A stretch of 63,945 nucleotides of DNA, counting the filler, from Hausera hauseri (Eukaryota): assembly GCA_046269625.1 (NCBI GenBank). It is 11 parts of 11 records of this genome, joined end to end, with 100 filler letters (N's around TTAATTAATTAA, not from the genome) between each part and the next. Parts side by side here need not be neighbours in the genome. Positions count along the whole stretch, not along the records: positions 47,041 to 51,347 come from JBJURY010645330.1; positions 51,448 to 59,447 come from JBJURY010829860.1; positions 59,548 to 63,945 come from JBJURY010600777.1; 8 more parts are not named here. The stretch is one strand, 5' to 3'. The position numbers were made by a program, and so were the translations under genes. Positions 48,781 to 59,692 of the stretch are shown piece by piece. Position 1 is the stretch's first letter. Every line of letters starts with the position of its first letter. The notes below the pieces were generated by a model. That model ran no database searches, was not told the DNA's origin, and saw only the letters and a program-made list of their open reading frames with translations.

Positions 48781-49267
48781 TGGAACATATTTTAATGTTT
48801 TTTTATGTGTTATTGAAATAAATATTTTTTAAAATGTCTTACTTGTTTTGTTGGATAGGTTTTTTAGTCATAGTAAATGCGTATATTTTCTGTATTTACA
48901 GTTTTACACTGCGGACAGTGTGTTACATTTGAACATTTAGAACATACAACCAAATGACCGCACATTAGGAAAATAATATCTACTTTATTCTGTTTGCATT
49001 ATACACACATAAACTGACACTTAACTACTTTATTCTTAATTTTCTTTTTCAAGTTGTTTAGTTCAGCACGTACCTTTTCAACAGTATTAAAAGAATTTGT
49101 ATCATACAATCGGTGTATGTATATTTGATTTATCACACTCACCAGATTTTCAAGTGATTCACACTCTGCTGTTATCATCATTGTTATTGATGCTAGATCT
49201 GCTTGAAAACCGAAATCTCTTGCTTTTACAACTAAATCATTCTTAAGAAAATATGATTGATTCTGAA

Positions 49268-49618
49268 ATCGTTCCCATTTACGGAATACCTCAGCAGAGT
49301 GGTAAACTGCCGTATTTCGTTGGTAAATAGTACGATTCTGGATGGTTACGTACATCGGCACATTTAGCATTTTCGATACTGAAACGTATTGGAGCCCTTG
49401 AGGCAAAAACAGCACAGGATGTGCTGCATGAAAACAAATCAATTCTAAAAAAGCACGTCTGCCGAAATAAAAAATTTTGCATCAGGAGTCATTAAATTAG
49501 TCCAAAAACATTTCACTGCCAGAGATTTGAGAAAACGTGGTGGTGGTGCTGGTAAACGTAGAACATCATCTAGTCTTTCAAATATAATCAAACGTCGTCA
49601 TCGTACGGTTTTCGATTA
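49268..49618 (+). pseudogene. Polinton/adintovirus small basic core / pVII-pX-like protein, copy 1
   Basis: QSG.LPYFVGK.Y.SGW...LKRIG...KTAQDVL.ENK with an Arg/Gly-rich tail RKRGGGAGKRR...RHRTVFD; homologous to 58145-58504; immediately 5' of the capsid gene. Confidence 0.65.
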
Positions 49619-49628
49619 ATTGATTGAA

Positions 49629-50830
49629 ATGGCACATGCAAAATCTAAATTGAGTCTATTTGACAAAGCCGCGCGACAAATCGATATTGACAATGCGGCA
49701 CTTGAAGAAATCTACTCCGTTGATTCTGTTTCAACAAACGACAACATTGACATTCATTTCAATATAATGGCATCAGACAATGAATATATGAATTTGAACG
49801 ATAGACTACTATATGTAAAAGTGATTGTTAAAAAGTATGCATCAACGGTTCTCGGTGCAACAGATATTGTCATACCGGCCATTTACTTTTTTCTCACACT
49901 GTTTCAGGAAGCTTCACTGACTCTAAATAGTGCTAAAATTTAAGGCAATACCAGTCTCTATAGTATCAAAGCTCACATTAAAACGGTTTTGAATTACAGT
50001 GCAGACACGAAAAATACTGATTTAAAAACCATCGGATACGATGCCACAGAAGCAAACCGACAGACGGTTGGTAGAATCGAAAGCATTTACAATATGTGGA
50101 CAGCTATATTTTGACTTTTTCGATCAGTCGAAATACCTACTACCTGGTGTTAAAGTCCTGATTCGGCTCAAAAGCAGCAATAATGTCTGTTGCTTGAAAA
50201 TTGCAGTTGCAAATCGTAAACCCACACTGAAAATTACCGAGATACGATTATATGTACGTCGTGTAAAGGTATAAACATCTGTGCTCAAGGGACATCGATT
50301 GGGTTTGGAAACCCTAAATGCCTGTTATCCATTACAATGCACAGAACTCGTGATTTACACCATACCCAAAGGTTCAACTACGATTTACAAAGATGCACTG
50401 TTTTGCGGTATGCGATTTTCAAAATTTGTACCTGTTACATTTCAAACAACTGCTCGACAGACCGGCAGTTATACCACTGATCTGAATTATATCACTTTCG
50501 GCAAAAATACAGATTTCGTTAAGACGTGTAACCAAAATTTCGAGACTCACGATTATGTGTGCACATATATGCAATCTATCGTGCGCCACATGGGTTTGCT
50601 AAACAAAAATCTCAACAATGAAACCTAGATGGATTTATTCAAATAGCATATCAGTTCTTTACCATTGTTTTGGCTTCGGACAGGCTCAACAGGCTGAACT
50701 ACCTGTACAGAGAAACGTAAGATTAGAGGTTCACTTTGCTAAAGCGCCGGAACAGACTACCATTATGTAGATTTATAGCGTATTTGATGCAGCAATAGAA
50801 ATGACGAAAACTGGAACCGTCATTATATAA
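49629..50830 (+). pseudogene. Polinton/adintovirus major capsid (hexon-like double jelly-roll) protein, copy 1
   Basis: KS.LSLFD....Q..I......IY.V......I.F.I.....EY..L....LYVKV, GQLYFDFFDQSKYLLPGV.V.IRL, LYVRRVKV, ACYP and N.RLEVHFAK; stops and frameshifts. Confidence 0.88.
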
Positions 50831-50899
50831 ATAAAATCTGATGTCTCTTTTTTCTTAGTACCATGAAGTAATTTATTATTGTTATAATTATGCCTAAAT

Positions 50900-51254
50900 C
50901 ACTCTTTATGTTTAGCTCCATTGAGCCCAGTCACTTCAGAAAACTGCTCTTGGGAGTGAAATTTAGTAGTGTTTCCACTGGACCGTATGCCGCGTGATCT
51001 ACGATAATCTGGTGGTTTCATCGTCAATACACACTCCATCGTTACCGGACGAACATTGGATTGCTATGTATGTACATCCGCCATCGTCAAAGTATTCGAT
51101 CCGCTTGGATTTTACTATCCCCCATCGTATTTTTTTGCAAATTGAAAGACAATCACATAACGTTGAATACAATCGATTTAATTATGAACATCCAATGACA
51201 ATATTGTGTGGACATTACTGTTTATTGTGGCTTACATTACAAACACTTTTGTGA
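50900..51254 (+). pseudogene. Adenain-like cysteine protease (Polinton), copy 1
   Basis: VFPLD..P, IVNTH...EHWIAMY, VFDPLG and Y.HP....CGHYCL give the His/Asp/Cys triad order of adenoviral-type proteases. Confidence 0.85.
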
Positions 51255-51499
51255 ACAACCACTAAATGTTTTCTGTTGAACACGTTCGTGAATTTGAAAG
51301 ATATTATTTTGTTATATTGTCAGGTTAATGCTTATGGTTTGTGTGATNNNNNNNNNNNNNNNNNNNNNNNNNNNNNNNNNNNNNNNNNNNNTTAATTAAT
51401 TAANNNNNNNNNNNNNNNNNNNNNNNNNNNNNNNNNNNNNNNNNNNNTTGGTTTAAAACCACCCTTTGTTTTAAGATTAACCTTTATGTTTTTTGTTCA

Positions 51500-53987
51500 G
51501 ATTGGTAAGTAATCAGACCCAGATAGAACCAAGCCGAATTAGTATCGACGCCAAGAGAGTCTCGAGCCGACTTAGCATTGACATTGAGGAGAAACAAATA
51601 GACTTAGTACCGACGAGTTTTTACAGCGATACGTAACAGTGGAGATCCAATATTCGAAGGTCATCTACAGGCAAATAATATAGAACTGCAAGGAAAGAAC
51701 TTCGTTCAATATGGAAAGGTCGGTGAGATACCAAATGGGTTAAAAGGAACAACCGAAGAAGCCAGAGCAGTATACTTGTACGCATGGATAGAGGACAAAG
51801 ATTCTAGTGCATACCCCTTTAAACCGATCGCTCAATATCAACCAGATAAAGAACAGAAGATATATGTGCACTTGGCAGACGGGGAAATTTACTATCGACT
51901 GAAGGGTCAAAAATGGGATTCCTTCTAAGTAAGGCAAAGCCGATTTAGTATGTTTATTTGACAGTAGGAACCTCCAACATTATGAATTGGAATTTCGCGT
52001 AGCTGTCTTGCCAGTAAAAATGATGATCGAAACAACTGAAGAAGAAACAATACCTGCCTCATTGCCGCCCTTAGAGTTTAGACAAAGACCCACGAAAAAA
52101 GAACAGGGCATACACCTACATTCATTCAGATTGGCAGCTGACGAGAGAAATCTCAGGATTATCCCAATAAACTATGGGGAAGGAGAAAAAGGAAATTACA
52201 TTCCAATCGAAATATCCATCGAGAAGAAAATGGGGCCGAGGTCTATTCAAAAATCATTAACCCGAGAGGGAAAGTGCTTGAAACTTATGCAGAAGTTACC
52301 GGAATTAAAAGAGAGCAATTGAATCATAGAAAGGATTTCAAGTTATTACAGCAAGAAGTAATGCAATGCCTATATGGATACGTCTTAGTGGGGTATCAAG
52401 TAGAGAGGATAATAAATAAACTAGCCATATGGTAATGTATGTAGCTGGAGTGAGAGAGATAGAAACCCGCTGGACTATTATGCGACAAGTGGGAATTAAG
52501 GTTGAAAAAAAGAGTCATATACTACTGACCATGGAAGGCCGTTTTAAGTTAATGGTAGAGGCCATGACCGGAGGAAATATAAAAATAAGCAGAGTGCTAA
52601 CAGAAAATCAAAGATCCTAATATCTAAGGGATATAAATATTGGATTAAAGTGCGAACATTAATGGATTTCCAGCAACCCCGGACAAAACTTACGAAATTT
52701 CCCAAAATCCGAAAGACTCAGCACACGATACCGTAAATATTTTCGACCACACTCTCCACCCAGGAATGTCGAAATCAAACCAGAATGGAACTACCAAATA
52801 ACTATACAAGTACTGAAAACGGAGAAATTGGAGAATAAGTACGTACAGATAAAAAATCCAGTACAAGTTATGGCGCCACGGCAAATAATGATTTATTTAA
52901 GATTCAAGAAGTTCCTCGAAAATACAGCGGAAAAACAACGAAAAGGATAACCTCCTTTTTCGATTACTTATTCAAGAAGAAAAGTAAAAATGGAGAAAGA
53001 GGACCAAAAGCAGAATCCAGACCAGACAGAAAAGATCTAAAATCAAAACAACCAGCAGAGGAACCCTCAAAACCAAGCAAACGGAAAGAACAAATTACCG
53101 AAATAAATGTCTTACGGAAGAAGACATCCACGGAGGCTGTTCACTATGCCACTACGGCAGATTACCCCAGGATGCTGATAGCCACCGAATACTATAGTAA
53201 GCAAAAGATTAAAGAGGCATTGTTTTTTGTCAAACTATTGCCTGCCAGACAAGTTTACGAGAACATGTATGTCTCGGAAAATTCCAAGATCGGAAAATAC
53301 GTTGTTCCAATATTTCAGTCCAAACGGAATGGTAAAATCTTAGGCCCCGTGGATAAGTCAGTTAAGTTGCTACTAAAGAAATAATACCAAAAGTACCGGT
53401 CGACTGGTGAAGTTTCCAATTTAGATCGAGATACTATTAGCGATTGGACCCTAATAGCCGTTGGATGCGATCCTAAGAAAAGCTCAACAAACCCAAAGCA
53501 AAAAAGAATATATGCCTACTTATATCAAGATGAGGAAGAGTTGATAGTAAAGCCTATTGAGATTTTGTTGAAAGTGGATATAGATGACGAAAATTTGGTA
53601 AAAGAGGAGAATGAATGTCCCGTATGTGAGGAAAATCTGAAGCAAGGATATGTAGTGTTAAATAACCCCGACTGCCGGCACAAGTACTGCAGAGACTGCC
53701 TAGAGAAATGGACGTTGGATAATGGGAAGACCGCATGTCCAGTATGTCGAGCTGAAGCTGCTGACCTGAAGTACTACTCAAACCGCAGTTATACCAGAAT
53801 CGTTAGAATAAAGCCCTACCATAGCTATGAACTCGAAACAAACCCCAAAGAAGATCAGCCTAGTACCAGTTCTGGACCCAGTCTAAGACAGCAAATGGAA
53901 TTATTACGTTGTCACTGCCGCCGCGGCACCTCTCCTGACGCAATGGGTACATCCGAGAATGCTGTTCAGGGAGGAGAAATGTTATAA
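51500..53987 (+). pseudogene. Large decayed accessory ORF of an LTR retroelement with a C-terminal C3HC4 RING finger (53616-53747)
   Basis: A-rich coding-like sequence broken by frameshifts, starting after tttatgttttttgttcag (51500). CPVC-x12-CRHKYCRDC-x12-CPVC lies in ORF 53541..53987, whose frame ends across the PPT/LTR junction. Confidence 0.7.
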
Positions 53988-54735
53988 AGACATTCAATAT
54001 GGAGAAAACGTCCTAAAACTGTAAATAATATTATAAACAGCATATTGTAGATATTTATTATTTTATAATATTTTCGTTATTGTACTAAAATAGGAATGTG
54101 TACAAAATTTAAGAAAGTATTTAGCAATAAATTGGTATATTTTACAGAAATTTTGGAGAAAGCATTGAATTGATATTAATTTTTAAATCAGAAAATACCG
54201 AAAAATTCAGTTATAATTGATTACAATTCCTAGAATAAATCAGTCACGTACACAGTTGAATAAGTATATAAGCAAGCAGGTTTTTGGAATTTTAGAAGTT
54301 TTGTGAAGCTGCTGAGCTTTCGAAGTTGCTAAACGTTTTCTTGAAGCTACTGAGTCTTAGAAGAAGCAGCCGAGGAGCACAAATTCAGCGAAACAAATTG
54401 TTGATTTTCGATTTGATACGTGGAGTATTGAGTAATTGATTTTGTGTAAAATATATTGTTATTCCAAAATTCTTCTATAGTTTTTCTTCGCCCCTTCAGG
54501 GTGATTTGACGACATTAAGGTCTAAAATGTGTACTTAATTTATATAGCTAAGAGAGAACCTTGAGAATTATTTGAAACAGGACCGCACTCATTTACCTGC
54601 ATAGCAATTTAAAAATCGTTAAGGTACAGTCTGTATGTTCGATTTCGATAGACCGACATGCATAAGCATTCAAATTTCCAGTGTAATTATTGTTATATCG
54701 TTGGAGTTGAATAGGGGCCACCACAATATATAACA
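53968..54735 (+). repeat. Polypurine tract (53968-53979) plus probable 756-bp 3' LTR (53980-54735)
   Basis: agggaggagaaa is immediately followed by TGTTATA, and the inverted TATAACA lies at 54729-54735. TATATAA box at 54265-54271. Only one LTR is visible. Confidence 0.7.
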
Positions 54736-55516
54736 GACAGTAGTTATGAGAGCGATAAAATATCAGTTAATCTTCCAACATTTTGTTTCTTTTTTGAAAA
54801 GATCACCTATGCAAGAAGTGCTGTATTACAAAAGTTTCATGTAGAATAACACTGTCAAAACATGCATTTTATGCTACGTCACTAACATTTAGCTAATTTC
54901 GGATGATTTTTGCTTGTAAAATGATTAATAACCGATTTTTTGTCATAATCCCTATGTGAATTGCACATAGCGTACACTCTTTGTTTCAGAGATGCAACCA
55001 TTTAGTCTACGTAAAACATTGATATCAAATCACAGTAATTAGAAAGTTGGCACACGTATCAAGAACACCAAATAGTTGATAATCAAACAACAACTGAAAT
55101 TTAAATTTAAAAATATTTCATGAATTGAAATCTTTAAACATATTCTAATGTTTTTGTCAACACCCCTTTTGAAAAGATCGAGCGAGGTTTATTTCTACTG
55201 CTCATGATATTACATAATGTTGCTTTATATGGAGTTGTAGTACAAGTTATGTTAATTGGCACTTTTGCGATTTCTTATTATTTATTGAATGAGGGATATT
55301 CTGAATGTATCGCTATTGTTTCTTCTAACAAAATATGGCCGACGTTATAATCATTTTAGATTTACATAAAACTCAACAGATTACTCAAGTAAAAGAATTC
55401 TCAGTTGTAAATATTTAAAACATAAAAAGTTGCGGTAGATATATTTATGTCTAATGTTCATTGGCGATAGTTGTGAATTTGAAGTCCAAATAGGTTTATC
55501 AAAATACGTAGAAGTG

Positions 55517-56440
55517 TCAGCTCGTTACCACTTTCAAAAATTCTTTCCAAATCGGTTTTATATATCGTACAATAAGGAACCTTTCACTAAAAATTTTGGA
55601 TGACCCCCCCGGTGGTAAAATCGTTGGACATCGGACCGACTCAAATCGGTAGAATTCGACGAGGTGAGCAAAAAATTTGCAGCTCGGGTAAGTCCGCAAA
55701 TGTAAGGGAGTGGAGCTAGAGGACGAAAAAGAAAAACAGGAAATGCACCACCAGAAACGCCTCGTACATTAATGGCGTACTAATGCGATGGGCATACGTT
55801 AAATCTATGTTGGCGAATCGAATGGACACACTTTCAACGTTTTTCCAACATGGCAACATGGGGAAAAATCGATCGGAAAAATTCAAACAATAAAAATTTC
55901 CCATTGTTCAAGTCCATCGGCGACAGAAATTCAATGAGCACATAGCCCGTGTCGAGAAGCACATTTCATATTATAAGCGCCTTACGATTAGACGATTGCA
56001 AGTTGGTGAAAAGTAAAGCGAAAAGGCGTTGTTAAAATATAAAGTTTTATTTTCTGTTTGTCGTGTCGTGTCGTACAATAATCGTAATAGAAAATCATCA
56101 TCAACATTGTTATCGTCATCATTCTCAAACCATGTGCACGTAACCAGTACTACCACTACCTCTGCTCACCATAAACAATAGGCACGAGAAGGTGATTGAC
56201 AACAACCGACCTGCCTGGCTGCATGCCTGTGTGCATGAAACTGTTTGCTGCAGCAACTGCGCAAAATAAAGAGTTGTCGCATCGAACAAAATACTTCTGT
56301 GTGCGCTTGTTTTTAGCAAAAGGGGAATGCAAAGTACTTGAAAAAATAACACACACACACGCAAAATTATAACAAAATACTGTATTTCTCAAAATGAATA
56401 CAAAGTAAATAAGTCAGTAAGTAGTAGTAGTAGTGTTTAA
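55517..56440. mobile_element. Non-coding, probably subterminal/TIR-like region adjoining the Polinton cassette
   Basis: GC-richer segment with repeated cagctcg motifs and simple repeats (ACAC, AGTAGT) directly downstream of adenain copy 2; no partner TIR in the window. Confidence 0.3.
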
Positions 56441-56464
56441 AACATGATAATGATGACCATTGTT

Positions 56465-56860
56465 CATCCAAGTTTCTGTAATGTAGGCCATAATAAGCAA
56501 TAATGTCCACACAATAAGGTCAGTGGATGTTGATAATGAAGTCTGTTATATTCAGCACGATATGACTATTTGTTTTAATTTCAGAAACTAACGATGACGG
56601 ATAGTAAAATCCGAACGGATCAAATACCTTGATAGCGAAGTTCGTAGGATGTACAGACACAGCAATCCAATGTTCGCCAGATTACGATGACGTGTATGTA
56701 TTGAAAATAAAGCCGCCACTACCGCCAATTTGTTGTAAGTCGCGCGGTACACGGTCCAGCGGAAACACACCGCGAAATTTCTCGTCCATGAGCAGTTTTC
56801 CGTAGAGAATGAGTTCCCTGGAGCTAAATGTAAAACGTGGATTAAAGCATAACAATATTA
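56465..56860 (-). pseudogene. Adenain-like cysteine protease, copy 2
   Basis: FRGVFPLDRVP...FIFNT...*SGEHWIAV...VFDPFG...YQHP..LCGHYCLLW. Confidence 0.87.
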
Positions 56861-56926
56861 ATTATCAATTACTTCATATTATTGAGTAGTAGTATGGCAA
56901 GAGTGACAGTGATGCATTAGATTTAT

Positions 56927-58129
56927 TTATACAATGACGGTTAAGTTTTTTGTTATTTCCACCTCGGCATCAAATACACCGTAAATGTACATCACAGTAG
57001 ATTGTTCCAACGCTTTGGCAAAGTGAACATCCAATCGCAGGTTTCCCTGTTGAGGTAATTGAGCCTGCTTAACGTCATAGTCCGGAGCCAGGACAAATCC
57101 ACCGATATGCCATTGTTGACATTTTTGTTTAGTAAACCCATGTTGCGCACGATAGATTTCATATGTGCAAACATAATCGCCGGTCTCGAAATCCTGCTTG
57201 TATGTCTCAACGAAATCCGCATTCCGACCTAAACTGATATAATTCACATTGCTCTGGGTAACCGTTTCCGAATCGGTGGTATGACTGTCCGTTTGTTGAA
57301 TAGTTGTTTGAAATGTAACAAGCACAAATTTCGGCAATCGTATGGCGCCAAACAGTGCATCTTTGTAAAACGTAGTTGAACCTTTGGGTATGGTGTAAAA
57401 GAAGATTTCTGTGCATTTCAGTTGGTAACAGGCATTTTGTGTTTCAAAGTCCAATCGATGTCCCATGAGCACAGATCATTCTACCTTTACACGACGTACG
57501 TACAATCGTGCCTCAGTAATTTTCAGAATAAGTTTGTGATTTGCAACTGCGGTTTTCACACAAAAGACCTTGTCTCTTCGTTTGAGCCGAATCATGGCTT
57601 TAACACTGGGCAGTAGGTATTTGGGCTGATCGAAAAAGGCAAAGTACAAGGGTCCACACATTGTAAGTGTTTTTTATTCTGCCACCCATGTGTCACGGTT
57701 TGCTGCAGTGGCGTCATATCCGATGATTTTCGTCAAATGAATCGTTTTCGTGCCTGCACTGTAATTGAGAGCCGTTTCAATGAGTGCTTTGATACTGTAT
57801 AGACTGGTGTTGCCTTCAATATTGATGCTGTTTAGAGTAATCGAAGCCTTATGGAACAGTGCTAGGAAAATATAATTGGCCGGTGTGACAATGTCTGTTA
57901 CAGCGAGAACCGTTGATGAATCCTTTTTAACAACGACTTTTACATAGAGTAGTGTATAGTTTAAATCGAAATATTCATTGTCCGATGCCATAATGTTGAA
58001 TTGAATGTGAATGTTATCGTCCGTTGAAACAAAATCCACGGAATATATTTCTTCAAATGTTGCATTGTCAGTAGCAACTTGTGGCGCGGCCTTGTCAAAT
58101 ATACACAATTCAGATTTTGCAGATGCCAT
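56927..58129 (-). pseudogene. Polinton/adintovirus major capsid protein, copy 2
   Basis: KSELCIFD, EYFDLNYTLLYVKV, GPLYFAFFDQPKYLLP, LYVRRVKV, RLPKFVLV, GNLRLDVHFAKAL and YG.FDA.VEI; paralogue of 49629-50830. Confidence 0.9.
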
Positions 58130-58144
58130 TTGTCTATCAATTAA

Positions 58145-58504
58145 TCAATCGAAAATCGTACGACAACGATGTTTGTTTACAGTTGATGAGGTTGATGATG
58201 CTCTACGGCATTTTCTCAAGCCACTGACAGCGAATTGTTTTTTGACTGATTCAACGATTTCCGGTGCAGCACTTTTTATTTCTGACAAGGCGCGTTCCTT
58301 CAATGATGGTAAAACCGATTTGTTTTCATATAGTACGTCCTGTGCGGTTTTTGATGCCACAGCTCAAATACGCTTCAACACTGGTAATTCTAAACGTGTC
58401 AATATACGCTACCATCCAGACCCATACTGTTTACCAAGGAAATACGGCAGTTCACCGCCCTTCTGCGGTTTACTGCAAATGGAAACGATTTCACAATCAA
58501 TCAT
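58145..58504 (-). pseudogene. Small basic core / pVII-pX-like protein, copy 2
   Basis: MIDCE...QKGGELPYFLGKQYGSGW*RIL.RL.LPVLKRI*..ASKTAQDVL.ENK...HRCRTIFD; lies between penton and capsid. Confidence 0.68.
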
Positions 58505-59447
58505 GTTGTTGGATTCGACGGAAATGAAGAGTTAGACTGGTTGTGTTACCGTATGGAAATTCAATAAGGTAGTCCGCGTCACATCGGATATTTACTTTAA
58601 CATTGTTTATAGATGTAGATGCCATAGGTAGGTACATTTGATTACCGAGCTTGACAGTGACATTGTCACTTGCAGTATACTTGCTGCTTTCCGAATAAAT
58701 TGCACGGCTTAGCGGTGCACGTACTCCACCGACCAAAATCGGTTCAATGACGTTCACGTAAATGTATATTTGACTTATTCCAGATTTCAGTTAGGACATA
58801 AGTGCTGAAACATGTGCCGCCTTCGCTGTAGTCGATGCCTCAAACCGCTGTTTGTCAAAACTCAATTCCATGGCCAAAGCTTTGTCCAATAAAATGTCGA
58901 CAATATTCTTAGCTAGTTCAAATTTTATGCACCCATTTGCATCTGACTCGAAAACGTTAAACATCTCCTTGTACCTTTGATTCGAAGAAAAGTGTTGACA
59001 AAGATGTGCTACTGATTCGCAATAGACATTGTCTCCAATCGATATGCATGACGTTGACACACTTTCTGCTGTATAGGTAAATTTCACAGTTATCTGGAAA
59101 TATACGGGACTTAATCTTGGTCCAAATACATATTCACTTTTAATATGTTTACCTCTGTATTCTATGTTTTTGAATCCAAATTACTGCCCCATCTCAGAGT
59201 ACTCAAAGGTAAGAGAAACTTCAAAACCTGCCATAAAATGTAAGTTTTGATCTAAAATAACAACACCGATTTTGCCATGTGAACCGAAATTTGCTTTGGT
59301 CGGGCAAATGGCCGATACTCCAACTGCTATTTTATTGTTAGTAAGTGTTAGAGGACAAAAATGTATTTTTGTTTTAGTAACAGTCTTGTTGTACGTTATT
59401 TTCATACTACCTTTCAATGTCACCGGTGCGTAGGGAAAGTTAAATTC
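58497..59447 (-). pseudogene. Polinton/adintovirus minor capsid (penton-like) protein
   Basis: C-terminus IYIYVNVIEPILVG...APL.R...MYLP....I..V.V.I.......I.F..G.T..TLHFRR is the typical Polinton penton ending; stops upstream; truncated by the gap. Confidence 0.82.
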
Positions 59448-59692
59448 NNNNNNNNNNNNNNNNNNNNNNNNNNNNNNNNNNNNNNNNNNNNTTAATTAAT
59501 TAANNNNNNNNNNNNNNNNNNNNNNNNNNNNNNNNNNNNNNNNNNNNACAATAAATTATATAAATAAATTAAATGATAATAAAACAAAAGGCAAAACAAC
59601 GAATAATATAAACTATTTATACAAAACAAACAGATCACAATGAATTGTCACACTAATTTGATCTATCTGCACCGAATTCGTGCTTGCGTGTC

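Noticed and set aside
48999-49442. 147-aa minus-strand ORF as a single gene
   Set aside because: Its 5' half is the antisense of the small core gene; only the part below ~49260 may be a real gene end.
56418-56436. (AGT)n as Polinton terminal repeat
   Set aside because: Only ~30 bp from the adenain stop with no room for a TIR and no partner; more likely a simple repeat.
4553-59547. Regularly repeated TTAATTAATTAA palindrome
   Set aside because: Always centred in a 100-bp N spacer; it is an assembly linker with six-frame stops, not biology. It also creates false ORF ends (…XXXN, …XXLIN).
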